DNA from: Catajapyx aquilonaris | Lineage: Eukaryota | DNA length: 40,348 nt | Assembly: GCA_000934665.2 (NCBI GenBank) | Contig: KZ538209.1 | Coordinates: forward strand, 62,001-102,348 | Direction: 5' to 3' | In this document: piece after piece, positions 1 through 10,740 of the stretch | Layout of the letters: each line of letters opens with the position of its first letter | Numbering within the stretch: the stretch's first letter is position 1 | The notes under the pieces: model-generated | Told to the model about the DNA's origin: nothing | Database searches by the model: none | Seen by the model: only the letters and a program-made list of their open reading frames with translations | Program-made: the position numbers and the translations under genes

Positions 1-2333
1 CTAAATTCTACAATCATTATGTAATAAATATTCGGCATTCTCACGTTCTGACTTTCAGTAAATCTGCTACTCTTTTTTAAACTAATGCTTAGGTAATAAT
101 GTTGGAAATAATAATAACGTGCAGTATATTGTGAATATAATATACCAGACAATCAGAATGATATTCGTTCCTGTTCACATGCAACTTTCTTACCCGAGTC
201 TTACATGACAATAACTTGAATGAAGATCCAGCACTGATGTCTTATTTTGTTCTACATTGCTATCTCATGAGTACTAAATTATCCGCACCAAATGTCAAGA
301 CCCTTCCCAGGCCTATATTTTGAACTTCTAGGAAGCGCATTTTCTATAGTGTACAGCACCAACTATGTGCAAGTTGCACGAAGTAGTTTCAGAATAATTG
401 ATCCAGACACAAGTCATGCCATGGTGGAACGGATATGCCATGATTTATTATTGTAGCGATAAATTCCACTTCTATATCAGTCGCATGCTGTCGTATGGTT
501 TTCGATAGAAAAATATGTACGGTTTCCCCGGCTATGTTTAGTCAAATGGAGCAATGTGCGACATGTGAAACATAGGTAATTGTCCTACCAACTGATAAGT
601 GACATGCAACAGTCTAGTGTACCATGAATGTCCTACTTTGACAAGTATCAAAACCTGCATATAAAAAAACGTCTGCGCAGTATTTCAGTATTATTGTCTA
701 GACCTAGTGTGTGAGAGCTATGGGCTATACTTTCAATATAACAGTAATGGCCCATATCCTTTATTGACACTGATCAAATGGCCACCAATATTATCAGTCA
801 GAATTATTACTTTGTAATACTTGCAACTTTATACTTGTACTGGTAACGGCATGTTTCTTTACATCATTCTGAAGTATTTATTGGAAGTTGGCTATTTTTT
901 TCATTTTTTTTTTCTTCAATCATATTTTTGCTGAGTTACTCATCTGGAAGAAAGGGGAGACTTACCTATTTTCCAGATATCAGCGCCGGCTAACAATCCT
1001 GTAGAACGATTGATAGAAAGAAAAAAACCAACCCAATCAACGCCCAACCTAACGCAAGGAAAATCCAGATGAAGTTGAATAATTTGTTAAAAGCTGAGTT
1101 TAAAATAATGTATTAAGGGCTGTACAGTGTAAAAAATAAGGGCTATCCAAATGTGGTAAAAGAATATAAGATAAGGTGTAATACCCATGGTGAAGTATAG
1201 AAGGGGTTTTTAGTGTAGAAAGACAGTAGTCCCAATCAATATAATTTTATTTTCGTATTTATGACCACAAACATGTTATTATTTGCTCCCAAAATCTTCA
1301 GAGAAGTAAAAAAAAAGTGATTCTGAAAAAGAAGAATGCAATGTCATATTTTCAGGAATAGGCTGGGTTGAATTTTTTCTGAAATTTTTGTGAGGGTTGA
1401 ACGGGGTCAAATTGTTGTTACATGACGTATATTTTTATTACTGGATCTGAAGTCCTTGTTAGGGAAGCTGCAGCCTTGTTTCAAAGAGGGATTTGGGGGG
1501 AAGAAAGTTGCAGTTCTTCTGAAAAGAGTCGCATCATTCAGTATTAATGACCATGTAATATTGCGATGTTGCCTCAACAATAACAATTTTTACTATATTT
1601 TGCACATGAATGCCCTACATTCTAATAGACACCTTCCAACAGTCTATTACATAACATAAATCACAAATACTGGCTAGAATCATCTACAAGCAGAGGACCA
1701 TCTGCAGTTTTGCAGGTTATATGGCAGTAAATGTAACAGGCATTTACACCAATTTCCAGTCAAGCCATTACTTGCAAAAAAAAATAATGATACTGAAGAA
1801 GTGAAGGACCTCATTTATGTCACAATTCCCTATAGCAACATACTAACTAATGCGTCAAATTGACCTTACTCCATGTAGAATAGGCTATTGGAAGGTTTGC
1901 TTTTGATAGCAAAACTGTCCTAATGTGCAGCTGTTTTTAGTTTGTGAATGCAGCACAATAACATCATCTGGGGTTCCGAATTAGCCTGTGGACTACCCAA
2001 AATAACACGGATCAATTTTCAGTGCCATGACACATTCTGGTGCCACCAAAATTTCCCTCCCCCCTCAAGCTTAGTCATGTGAACGCCATCAATAATCAAT
2101 ATATATCGTGAAAACTTGATTCAGGAGACCACTCTACTGTAGTGTCAGCTCATTATTACCATTGCATAATTATAATATGCTACATTACCTGCCTGCACTA
2201 CTAATGTGGGAACAAAATGGCCAGCACACACGTTATGTATTAATACTAAAGGCTGCAGTACACATTTTATGATGTATCAGTACGTATTTTATTTTATGGA
2301 TGTGTGTATATGTAGTGATGACGTACCAGCAGG

Positions 2334-2403
2334 CGCTCTCACCAGGAGTCGAACCCGGGACCTCCAGCTTTACGCTGTCGCTCTCCCACTGAGCTATGAG
2401 AGC
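2334..2403 (-). mobile_element. tRNA-derived repeat, copy 1 (tRNA-like cloverleaf with non-canonical 5-nt anticodon loop)
   Basis: Minus strand reads GCTCTCA-TAGCTCAGTGGGAGAGCG-ACAGC gtaaa GCTGG-AGGTC-CCGGG TTCGACT CCTGG-TGAGAGC-G. It has a perfect 7-bp acceptor stem and A-box and B-box. No oligo-T terminator follows. A homologous copy lies at 14704-14775. Confidence 0.75.
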
Positions 2404-3080
2404 AGTTTGTGGTAGCCTAATGAGTCTGTATCTCCATGGGCCCCCCTATGACAACGTACTGTACATCACAAACATGCCAGCAAAGCAAATAAAAATGATG
2501 CCATTTTGTCTCCCATACTGGTCCTTTCACTTAGCTCCAGTGAGCCTTTAAAGAGACCATAATTGCTCCTTTGATAAGGTAACAACAAAAAAAATCCTGT
2601 CCGGTCTCTCCCAACGTTGGTCTCGTAACAAGGCGGCTACAATGAGACGCTTCCGGGCCTTTTCATGCAATAATCCGGTCAGAACAAAGGGCTAGGTCCT
2701 TTTTCCAGTGGCACGCAATTAGGGCCTTAGGGGGATTTAATGATATTGGCCCTTCCTACAAGGGATCCGAGGAAATTCCATACCCTTGGTAATAGGCAAT
2801 CGGTAGATCGAATACACTCCGACAGTGACGCCATTGGGCAATCCGCGTACGAATTTTCGCTGACACCCCGATATTCTCATCCGCCTATACTACAAAATCC
2901 TCATGGGCCACATGACTAAAGCTTGAAACGGGTCCATACGAAAATGCTTCCGGAACCGCCAGATCAACATTTTGACAAAAGGAAAATCAAGTACAGACCT
3001 ACCTTACAACCCCGGCCCATCATCACGAATATTCTATCATCATATCATGATAGCGTCGAGTCGAGAGGAATCTGCGACTC

Positions 3081-3146
3081 GCTTTTGGCATTCACCGCGT
3101 GCCTTATGATATGAACACATCAAGGCCAACAGTGAACACGAAGAGC
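3081..3146 (-). ncRNA. mir-124: microRNA precursor mir-124 (mature 3p arm 3085-3106; star 5p arm 3118-3140)
   Basis: Reverse complement of 3085-3106 is TAAGGCACGCGGTGAATGCCAA, the canonical bilaterian miR-124-3p. The 5p arm CGTGTTCACTGTTGGCCTTGATG pairs with it across a short loop (TGTTCATATCA), and the basal stem continues GCTCTT/AAAAGC. An apical UGUG sits at the 5p-loop junction and a CNNC (CCTC) lies 17 nt 3' of the mature end. Confidence 0.98.
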
Positions 3147-4341
3147 AAAGTCGGGGGACTTTTTATTTCCTTGACTTCCTCTTCCTGCTCATCCTCAGCA
3201 TGCTGCGTCTAACTTATTGCGTTCTGGCCTACGGTTTGAAGAGTGGTGGTCTGTGCCGCAGCGAACCGAGAAGGCGTCACTCTCAGACAAGCTTTTACTC
3301 AGGTCTCCCTGAGGCACAGAGAGTTGTACGAATGATAACGAACGAACGAAACCAACGAACCAACGACTTAGACTATCATGCTCCGCCTATAAAATATATT
3401 CGGCCTATTTCACGATAACAATACTGGCAGTCACTATATCTTTCAGTGATTCGTGATTGGTAGTATTTATCGAAAGATCAAGTTTTAGAGGTAGCCATGT
3501 CTGGCTAATTAATAGTTAAAACAGAATGACTTACAACTCCAGTGATAGTTTTATTAGTGCAAATATGAATTATGAATTTCGTTAATCGAATGAAAAAAAT
3601 ATTGCACGGATTTGTGTCGGTGGAACGTTGGTGAAATACTTAACAACTTATCCCCATAAATGGTGAGAGTAATGATTGTATCTGATAAGAGGCAACATTG
3701 GGAAAGAGCCACGTTTTGTTAGGTTTTATTTAGACCCCATTCAACAAATTAGACGGTCCCATTGATGTTTGATTGGCTGCAATTTCCAAATTAGAACTGA
3801 TGTCAGCATGGTCAAATTTTTTTTCTTCATAAATTTACCGTACCTTGATTCGATGTACTGTAGTATGGAAACGTGCGAAGCAAGCAGTGCAGAAAATGAT
3901 TCCACGGTGCGAAGGCATCGTCTGCATCCTATAATAGGATTATTGATTATCTTCATTTAAGCCTTCACACCGGTTCTCACCCGGTTACATTTTTAGATAA
4001 TTGCATTATTTAAAGATCCATAGCCTCATGAAGCTAAGGACGTTGCTTATTAAATACTTGTACCTACACGTCTGTAAGAGTTGACTATTTGCGTGAAATT
4101 AGTGATTTAAATTCACATCTCGTATTAGTAGTACTCGTATGAACATCATGGCACGTGACATGAGAAATGCTTTTATATTAATAATTTTTATTGCACTATA
4201 GCAGCTACTATCAATCTGCCTTTTATCTTACGCTCAAAATTTATTTATATGGCAATTTTTGCCAAATATCGTCCCTTACATGAACCCTCACCCTGACTAA
4301 TATACTTCACATCCCGACTATATAATTTGGCAACCCTGAAA

Positions 4342-4721
4342 TGACGTCACTTTCCTTCCCCCCCTCCCACCCCTCCTTCATCCTAAAAACTCCTGCCGGA
4401 TTGTGAGGGTAAAATGGAGGCGTACACAAGCAAAATCCCGGGGAGGCCCGCAGGACAAAGAGCAGTGATAATGAAGCAGGGGACAAAGGCCCTCTTCCTC
4501 ATGCAAATGAGGGGCCAGCGCAATTAACCGCTCTCCTTTGTTTCCCCCAGCCCCTCCCCAAAGAGGGGTTGGCGCTCCCTCAAAAATCTGAAGCCAAACT
4601 ACGTCACATAGGAGTTGTGCAGAGGGGTGCGGCAACCCTCTTCTAGGGGAACCCCTCTTCCTACGAACAGATGCATTCCAGGGTATAGTCTCCATGGCAA
4701 CAGCCCCCAGCATCTATCGAT
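4342..4721. promoter_or_regulatory. Candidate neural enhancer/promoter 1.2-1.6 kb upstream of mir-124
   Basis: GC-richer island containing CRE TGACGTCA (4342-4349), Sox-type ACAAAG/CTTTGT (4455, 4483, 4536), octamer ATGCAAAT (4501-4508), homeobox CAATTAA (4521) and RFX X-box GTCTCCATGGCAAC (4688-4701). Function is inferred from motifs only. Confidence 0.45.
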
Positions 4722-6863
4722 CTATCTCAGGGTTACATAGCTGCCAACCTTCCCAAAAAATCATGCTTGCACTTACCTCAACCCCCCAAAGAACGTGCAA
4801 AAAATAGAACATGCCACGTTGCATAACTTTAAAGAGACGTTTTCCCCTACTAAAGGTTACTCGTTACTCTCAAAATGGCTCCCTTAAATGGTTCAATTAG
4901 AGTGTAATGGGCTATTTCAGCTTAGTCCACTAATATAGTGAGGATCAAAATGACCCAAGTCAGCAAATCTGATGTGAGATATCTAGTTAGAATAGGGGTA
5001 AAAATAGCGAATATTCGTGTCAACCCAAATATTGAACCGTAGGGGGTCCCACACATTGATCAACCCCAAAATGGAGGAGGTATGAGTCAGATGCACACAT
5101 ACGCATACAGCTTCACTTCTCCCCCCCCCTCCCCCCGCCCCCTATTTCCCCTCCTGTCACACACACCCCCGTGGATAATTTATTAGAAGTCCCCCACGTG
5201 GATCTAAGGGTCACTCCCAACCCCTCCCTGTGAGGCCTGCCAACTGGTTCGCAAAATCCGTCTACTTTCAACAACTTGCTTGAGTGCGTATGCCCATATT
5301 ACTGGCACGTGGCGTGTCTCATTAGACGATAGTTAGGCTAACTACCAAGCACGCTTTTGAAGAGTGAAACAAAGTTGTATGGCTTGTTATTGAATAGTAG
5401 TTGGTAAGATTGAAACTAATAATGCAAGAAAGATATTTTTGTAGCTATTGCTTGGCAATATTATAGAGTAATGAATTCATTTTGAGTTGTAGAACACCTA
5501 ATAGATGTTGGTCGAGTCAAGCGTGCAGATTATAATTTGCCACTATATATGCCTACTGTCAGCAGATGTTTGTTTACCTATCGTTGAATGGCAGATGTGA
5601 TATCATGCAACGCCTTCGATTTACGATATTCAGTCCTGCTACATTCATTGGTAGTACACTGCAGCCTTAGTTCAGACGCCATCAGATGTCCAGCATGTGC
5701 TTCACTTTTTATAAATTGGACTGGCCTCTAAAACATAAATTATTCCAGTTAAGTCGTATACATATAGATATTTATAGAGAGCTTTCAGAAAAATTTATCA
5801 TTAAGATATAACACGAAATACAATCTGTACGTACTTTTATCTACACATTATTTTGTTGTGCACTAATACAAATGCATTTGATGTAATAGATGAATTTATT
5901 TTTTGTAAGCAACCCCATCTGGTAATTCTGTTCCAGAACACCTGAACGTGTTAAACACAATTTACGTTAGGTCATATTATGTATTGGATGCTAAACATTT
6001 ACGACGATATAAATACAAATTTAAAAACAATTAGCACCGACAAAGCAGGAAACGTTAGGTGCCGCCGTTATTTATCCCGTACACTTTATGACAAGTATGA
6101 ATAACGCAAATTGTTGCAAAGCACAAGATAACCACAGCACTGCTAAAAAGACACTGATAGCGTAATTGAAAAGTAGCAATAAAGTGCGTGGCTGCAAAAC
6201 GATTCCAATATTACCTATAATATTTTGAAATACCACGATGCGTGAATGTTTTGCATGCTATTACGATGCTCTTCCCTAAAATCCGGGTAAACTACAAATT
6301 GGCCAAAATAATTAACACGAAAACATTAATGATAACGAAATACGTAACTCCCTGCCATAACAGTCATATTATACAGTACCCATCGTTTGGTTCGTCTGGC
6401 AACAAAGGACACGAGGTATAACTAATGATCAGGTGTGACGTTAGGTTCTGTAGTCACATTTTACTACCGATATCTCCAAAATTTTAAAGAACTACCCGAA
6501 ACCAGTCGAACACTATAGAGTTGACAGCAATAGTAAAATTTTAGAATAGTTTGGCAACGCTACCAAGCGAACTTCCGACCCTGAAACTTTCCAGGATCAA
6601 TATCAGATAATTCAATATCGTCATTACCATACATATTTACCCGCCGCTCTAATGTTACAAATCCCTCTAGGTTATGTGCCAAATCCCACATCTGACGACT
6701 ACTATTGTTCATCCTCATCCCCCTCTCATCTGAGCTCCCCATGTTCCCCAAACATTGACGTCGCCTTTCCATGGCGGGCATCCAGTTGATCTCCCTACTT
6801 CCTGTGTTTCTCAATTCCCCCCCACTCCCTGTAATAATGATCAGGGACGATGGGGGGGGGGGG

Positions 6864-6898
6864 NNNNNNNNNNNNNNNNNNNNNNNNNNNNNNNNNNN
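6864..6898. other. Assembly gap inside a poly-G tract
   Basis: Run of N flanked by G homopolymers on both sides. Confidence 0.97.
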
Positions 6899-7786
6899 GG
6901 GGGGGGGGGGGGGGGGGAAGCGTCTAGCTCCATCGCCTTCTATTCTCCTCAAATTACTGCTTACCCTGCGTGTCTTCGCAGGGGAAGACACCATTTTCCA
7001 CTGCTCTTCTGCCAGCATGTAACATTCAGGGTCTGCAGTCTCCCGCCTTCCCCTCCTCCCTCCCTTACAACAAAGAGTGTCCAGAACAAAGGGCACCCCC
7101 CCTCATCATTCCCACGATTCTTGCCAGGGACGGCGGACGACTAACCAAAAACTCCCTGGCCTAGGGAGGGGAGAGGGGAAGGTGGGGAGGGGGGGGGGGA
7201 ACTCTTTTTCATTGCGCGGGTCCTTTGTGCTTGAGCTCTGCTAACTGATGGTGTGTAGGGATAAGGATTTGGAGATCAGAACTTCCAATTAATGCATTCA
7301 GGGTGACATCATCGGGGCTGTCTATCTTTTTTTTGGGAGGGGTGTATAGAGGGGTGGAAATGAGTTTCCATATTCTGATCAAATCTTGTGCCTGCTTTTG
7401 ATGTGGATTTGCTTGTTTATTGAAGGTGATTGTTGGTTTTTTTTGTATAGGGTGGGGGAATATAAGAGATGTCTAATGTACAAAAACAGTGTTGATGAGT
7501 AATAGTTTGAACATTCTGATTAGTCAGCTTTCATTTTCAGCGAGATTCGAAAAAGTGAACTTAAAAGTTTCCCTTCATTATGAAGGGTTTCCTTGAAAGA
7601 TAATATTAGTGACTGTGAATTTTGATTCAGATTAATATTACTGACGGCACATCATGCTCAGGGGGCAGTCTAACATGATCATGATCATGGAGCAATATTG
7701 TTGTCGGGCATGGAAGTTTTTTGATGCTGCGATTTATTACATGTTGCGGTACGCTATTTTAGAATAGTTATATTATAAGGTACTAT

Positions 7787-7832
7787 TTATTTATTTATTA
7801 CATACCCCATTCTCTGACCTTTGGGTCAAGCT
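7787..7832 (-). mobile_element. Extremely 5'-truncated non-LTR retroposon (3' stem-loop plus (TAAA)n tail) with 16-bp TSD
   Basis: Direct repeat TATTATAAGGTACTAT at 7771-7786 and 7833-7848. The insert on the minus strand is AGCT-TGACC caaa GGTCA-GAGAATGGGGTATG-TAATAAATAAATAA. Confidence 0.75.
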
Positions 7833-7845
7833 TATTATAAGGTAC

Positions 7846-7884
7846 TATATCGCTCAAAAACATGAGACGATTTTGAGCGATATA
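7846..7884. repeat. Perfect 14-bp inverted repeat with 11-nt loop
   Basis: TATATCGCTCAAAA (7846-7859) and TTTTGAGCGATATA (7871-7884). Confidence 0.85.
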
Positions 7885-10655
7885 CAGTAGATACGGACGT
7901 GTAATATCACGGATTTTAATCATCATCGGAGAAGTCAATATGGGACGTATTAACAAATTTAAAACTTGGTTGGTGAAACTAGTGCTGCTATGTCGCTTCA
8001 AGTGAAGACGCATTTATTGTGACAAACGAGAAAATTTTCAAAAATATTCCACGACCTCCTATAAGGTACAATGTGAAAGCATTATTCAAACCTCCGATTT
8101 TAAAAACATGTCTGGACATCCAGTTTTATTCCTGACTAAAGTCATTTAATCCACTTAACTGCTGAATTAGTCCTGTAAGTGCTTCACTTCATGACAATCA
8201 TCTGAAATTAATGGAAGACACCATGCCCTGCAGGAAAGTGAATTTCTTTCAGATGTAATGTTCATGCCACTGCCATACCTGTCTCATCTCAAGTTTGAAT
8301 AGCCTAAGTCATATTTGTGCTATCACACCGTAAGTGACGAAATATTAAGATTAACTGGCAAGTTATAAAGCAGTTGGTTATAAGATTAATTCTTGCTATG
8401 GCAAAATGTTACCAATAATAAATAACTACCTGGTATATGCCAGGAATTCCAGGTATGTGAGATGTATGACTTTGAGACCAAATTAATTTATTTATGCACA
8501 TCCTCGAGGTAAATCTGCATTTTGTTAATTTCAAAAATATTGTCACGGAGTGATTTGACAAATGGAGTTGTTGGTCTCATAATATTTTGGCAAGACTAAA
8601 TGCTGTACTACAATATCAAGATATGATTGTTGCCAGCAGCCCTTATTAGCCAGCTTCACAAATGAGCCTATAATTAAATTTGTAATTATTTTATAGGAAG
8701 ATCAGTGTTTATCTCCATATCAATTATGGCTGCGATGAGAAGAGGTGGAGCAGTTGGCATATCACTTCACCACTACATCACGTAAGTGTGACGCCAAAGT
8801 TTAGCTGCTGAGATATAGTTAGGGTTACTACAGTTAGATTCAAAAACGCTTCTGCTTTCTGGGTCAGACCTTTTAAATCCACCTGAATGTTTGTGTGAAA
8901 AGTTTGTAACTAATGTCCTATGTCGCAAAGGGGTACATCATGGATCCTAACTGATAAACTAACAATATGGTTCACTCCAAGTTTTGATTACCAAAGAGAT
9001 TTTACTAAAGAGGACAAAGAGAAAATGTCTGCTTGCAGAACCAAACCTGACAACCATACGGTGGACTAAAGAGTGTATGTGAAAATTTTGAAATAACTTT
9101 TCTGAACATATGCCTTTATGTATTTATCGCCTTCGGAAAAAACCATATGCATTACATGACTACATTTCTTTCCCATTTCTCTTACGAATTGCTAGTAAAT
9201 TAATTATCTCAGTGATTAAATGTAAATTTGAAATTGATATATCCTCCAACACAGACTTTATAATTTGAGAATTAATTCATGTCACATTTAAGTAATTTCT
9301 CTGATGTTGCAATGAACAAAAATCTACATAAATAAATAGAATGATATTCACCGGCTTTTCCTTGCAAATTATAAGTTGTCTTTTATGTAGCTCAGTACAA
9401 TCATGATAGTATTACCTCATCTCACAGCAGAAGGATAGCAGCATAGAAGACGCCTGCTTTCATATTCTGTACCTATCTGATTCAGGAAAACTGAGTGCAC
9501 TTTCTTAGTATTACTGCTTTTAAGTAGGCCTAATTAGTTAATGCAGGTATTCAAGAACATTTAATAATATTGACTGCTGGATCTGGAAATGTAAAAGAGC
9601 ACAAAATAGGCAGTAAGTGACGATCTTCGTCGCAAAATTCAAATTACTGCTCTGTACTTTTAAATGAAATTATAAACTCAACAACTTGACAGGTTGTTAT
9701 TATTAATATTCACTTGCATTATGCTGTAGTGATACTTTATCAGAACTGATGAGTAAAACCTTGATTCAAGAGTGAGTGAAAATAATCTCAGTATGAAAAT
9801 GTATACTAATTTCTTCTTTTTTACCAGGAGTAAAATTAGAGACTTTTCCGCTTGAGATGTTACCAAGGCATACATTCTCCAAATATGATTATTTTCATCT
9901 ACATCATCAATATAAATTTTCATATCTTAGGATCATTTTAGTACTTCAGCATTATAGTGCCATTGACACTGGCCACGTGCAAACTGGACCTGTTCTGGAA
10001 CCTATCTCTATTATCATTTTAATTATTACTGAGGCAACAATATTAATATCGTTGGTAATCAGGATCAGCTCGTAACTGGGTGAGAACATGATTGTCTGAC
10101 TGCGCAACCGGATTAAGTTCCGGTTGTGTGAATGAAAGTGAAAGTTAACTTCGAGTAAGACTCCATGGAAACAATAGAAGTTATGAAAACAAAGGGTCAG
10201 TTCTCTGTCATACTTTTCACTATACTATTAGTGTTGAATGTACGAGTAGATAGGTAGTAAAGATTGTGCCGAAAACCGACCCAATCCTTGCAGTTTCTTT
10301 AGTTTATACATCTGGTTCGAAGTGGGTTGGTACTCAATATTAAGAAATTAAGCCCAAAGTTTTAAGGCACGTTCCTTGCATGATTAAAATGTACAAGGTT
10401 TAAAATTCAGAACACTTCGCCGGTGGTTTTATCTAAGCGTAAAAACTTTATATCCAAATGACTTCTCACAGTATATATATACATGCATACATACATAGAC
10501 TTCCCCAATACTATTTCTTGCGCAGGTACAATTTTTTTCAAGTCCCGAATTTATCATCATTATTATTTTCGAGCATATATCTTACTGGTCCATGAGTGAT
10601 ACCGAGTAGTAAGTGAAAAGAATGGTTTAAATATCTTAAATACCCTCAATCCGGA

Positions 10656-10740
10656 ATGCACAATATATTCTGAGACATACGGTACAAATAATTTTAATAC
10701 AAAACTCTTTGTACCGTATGTCTCAGAATATATTGTGCAT
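10656..10740. repeat. Perfect 33-bp inverted repeat with 19-nt loop (85-nt foldback)
   Basis: ATGCACAATATATTCTGAGACATACGGTACAAA (10656-10688) is the exact reverse complement of 10708-10740. Confidence 0.95.

Noticed and set aside
2334..2403. Functional tRNA gene (also 14704-14775)
   Set aside because: Anticodon loops are 5 and 6 nt rather than 7, and no oligo-T terminator follows.
4327..6562. GGCAAC(C/G)CT hAT-like termini at ~4329, 4632 and 6553
   Set aside because: No matching opposite end or TSD, and they also resemble RFX half-sites.
6560..7144. Longest ORFs (178 and 129 aa) and similar ORFs at 15.6-16.1 and 22.9-23.2 kb
   Set aside because: Inflated by N-gaps and G/C homopolymers, with no recognisable domain.
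9746..9785. Hammerhead ribozyme core CTGATGA..GAAA
   Set aside because: The required stems I-III cannot be formed.
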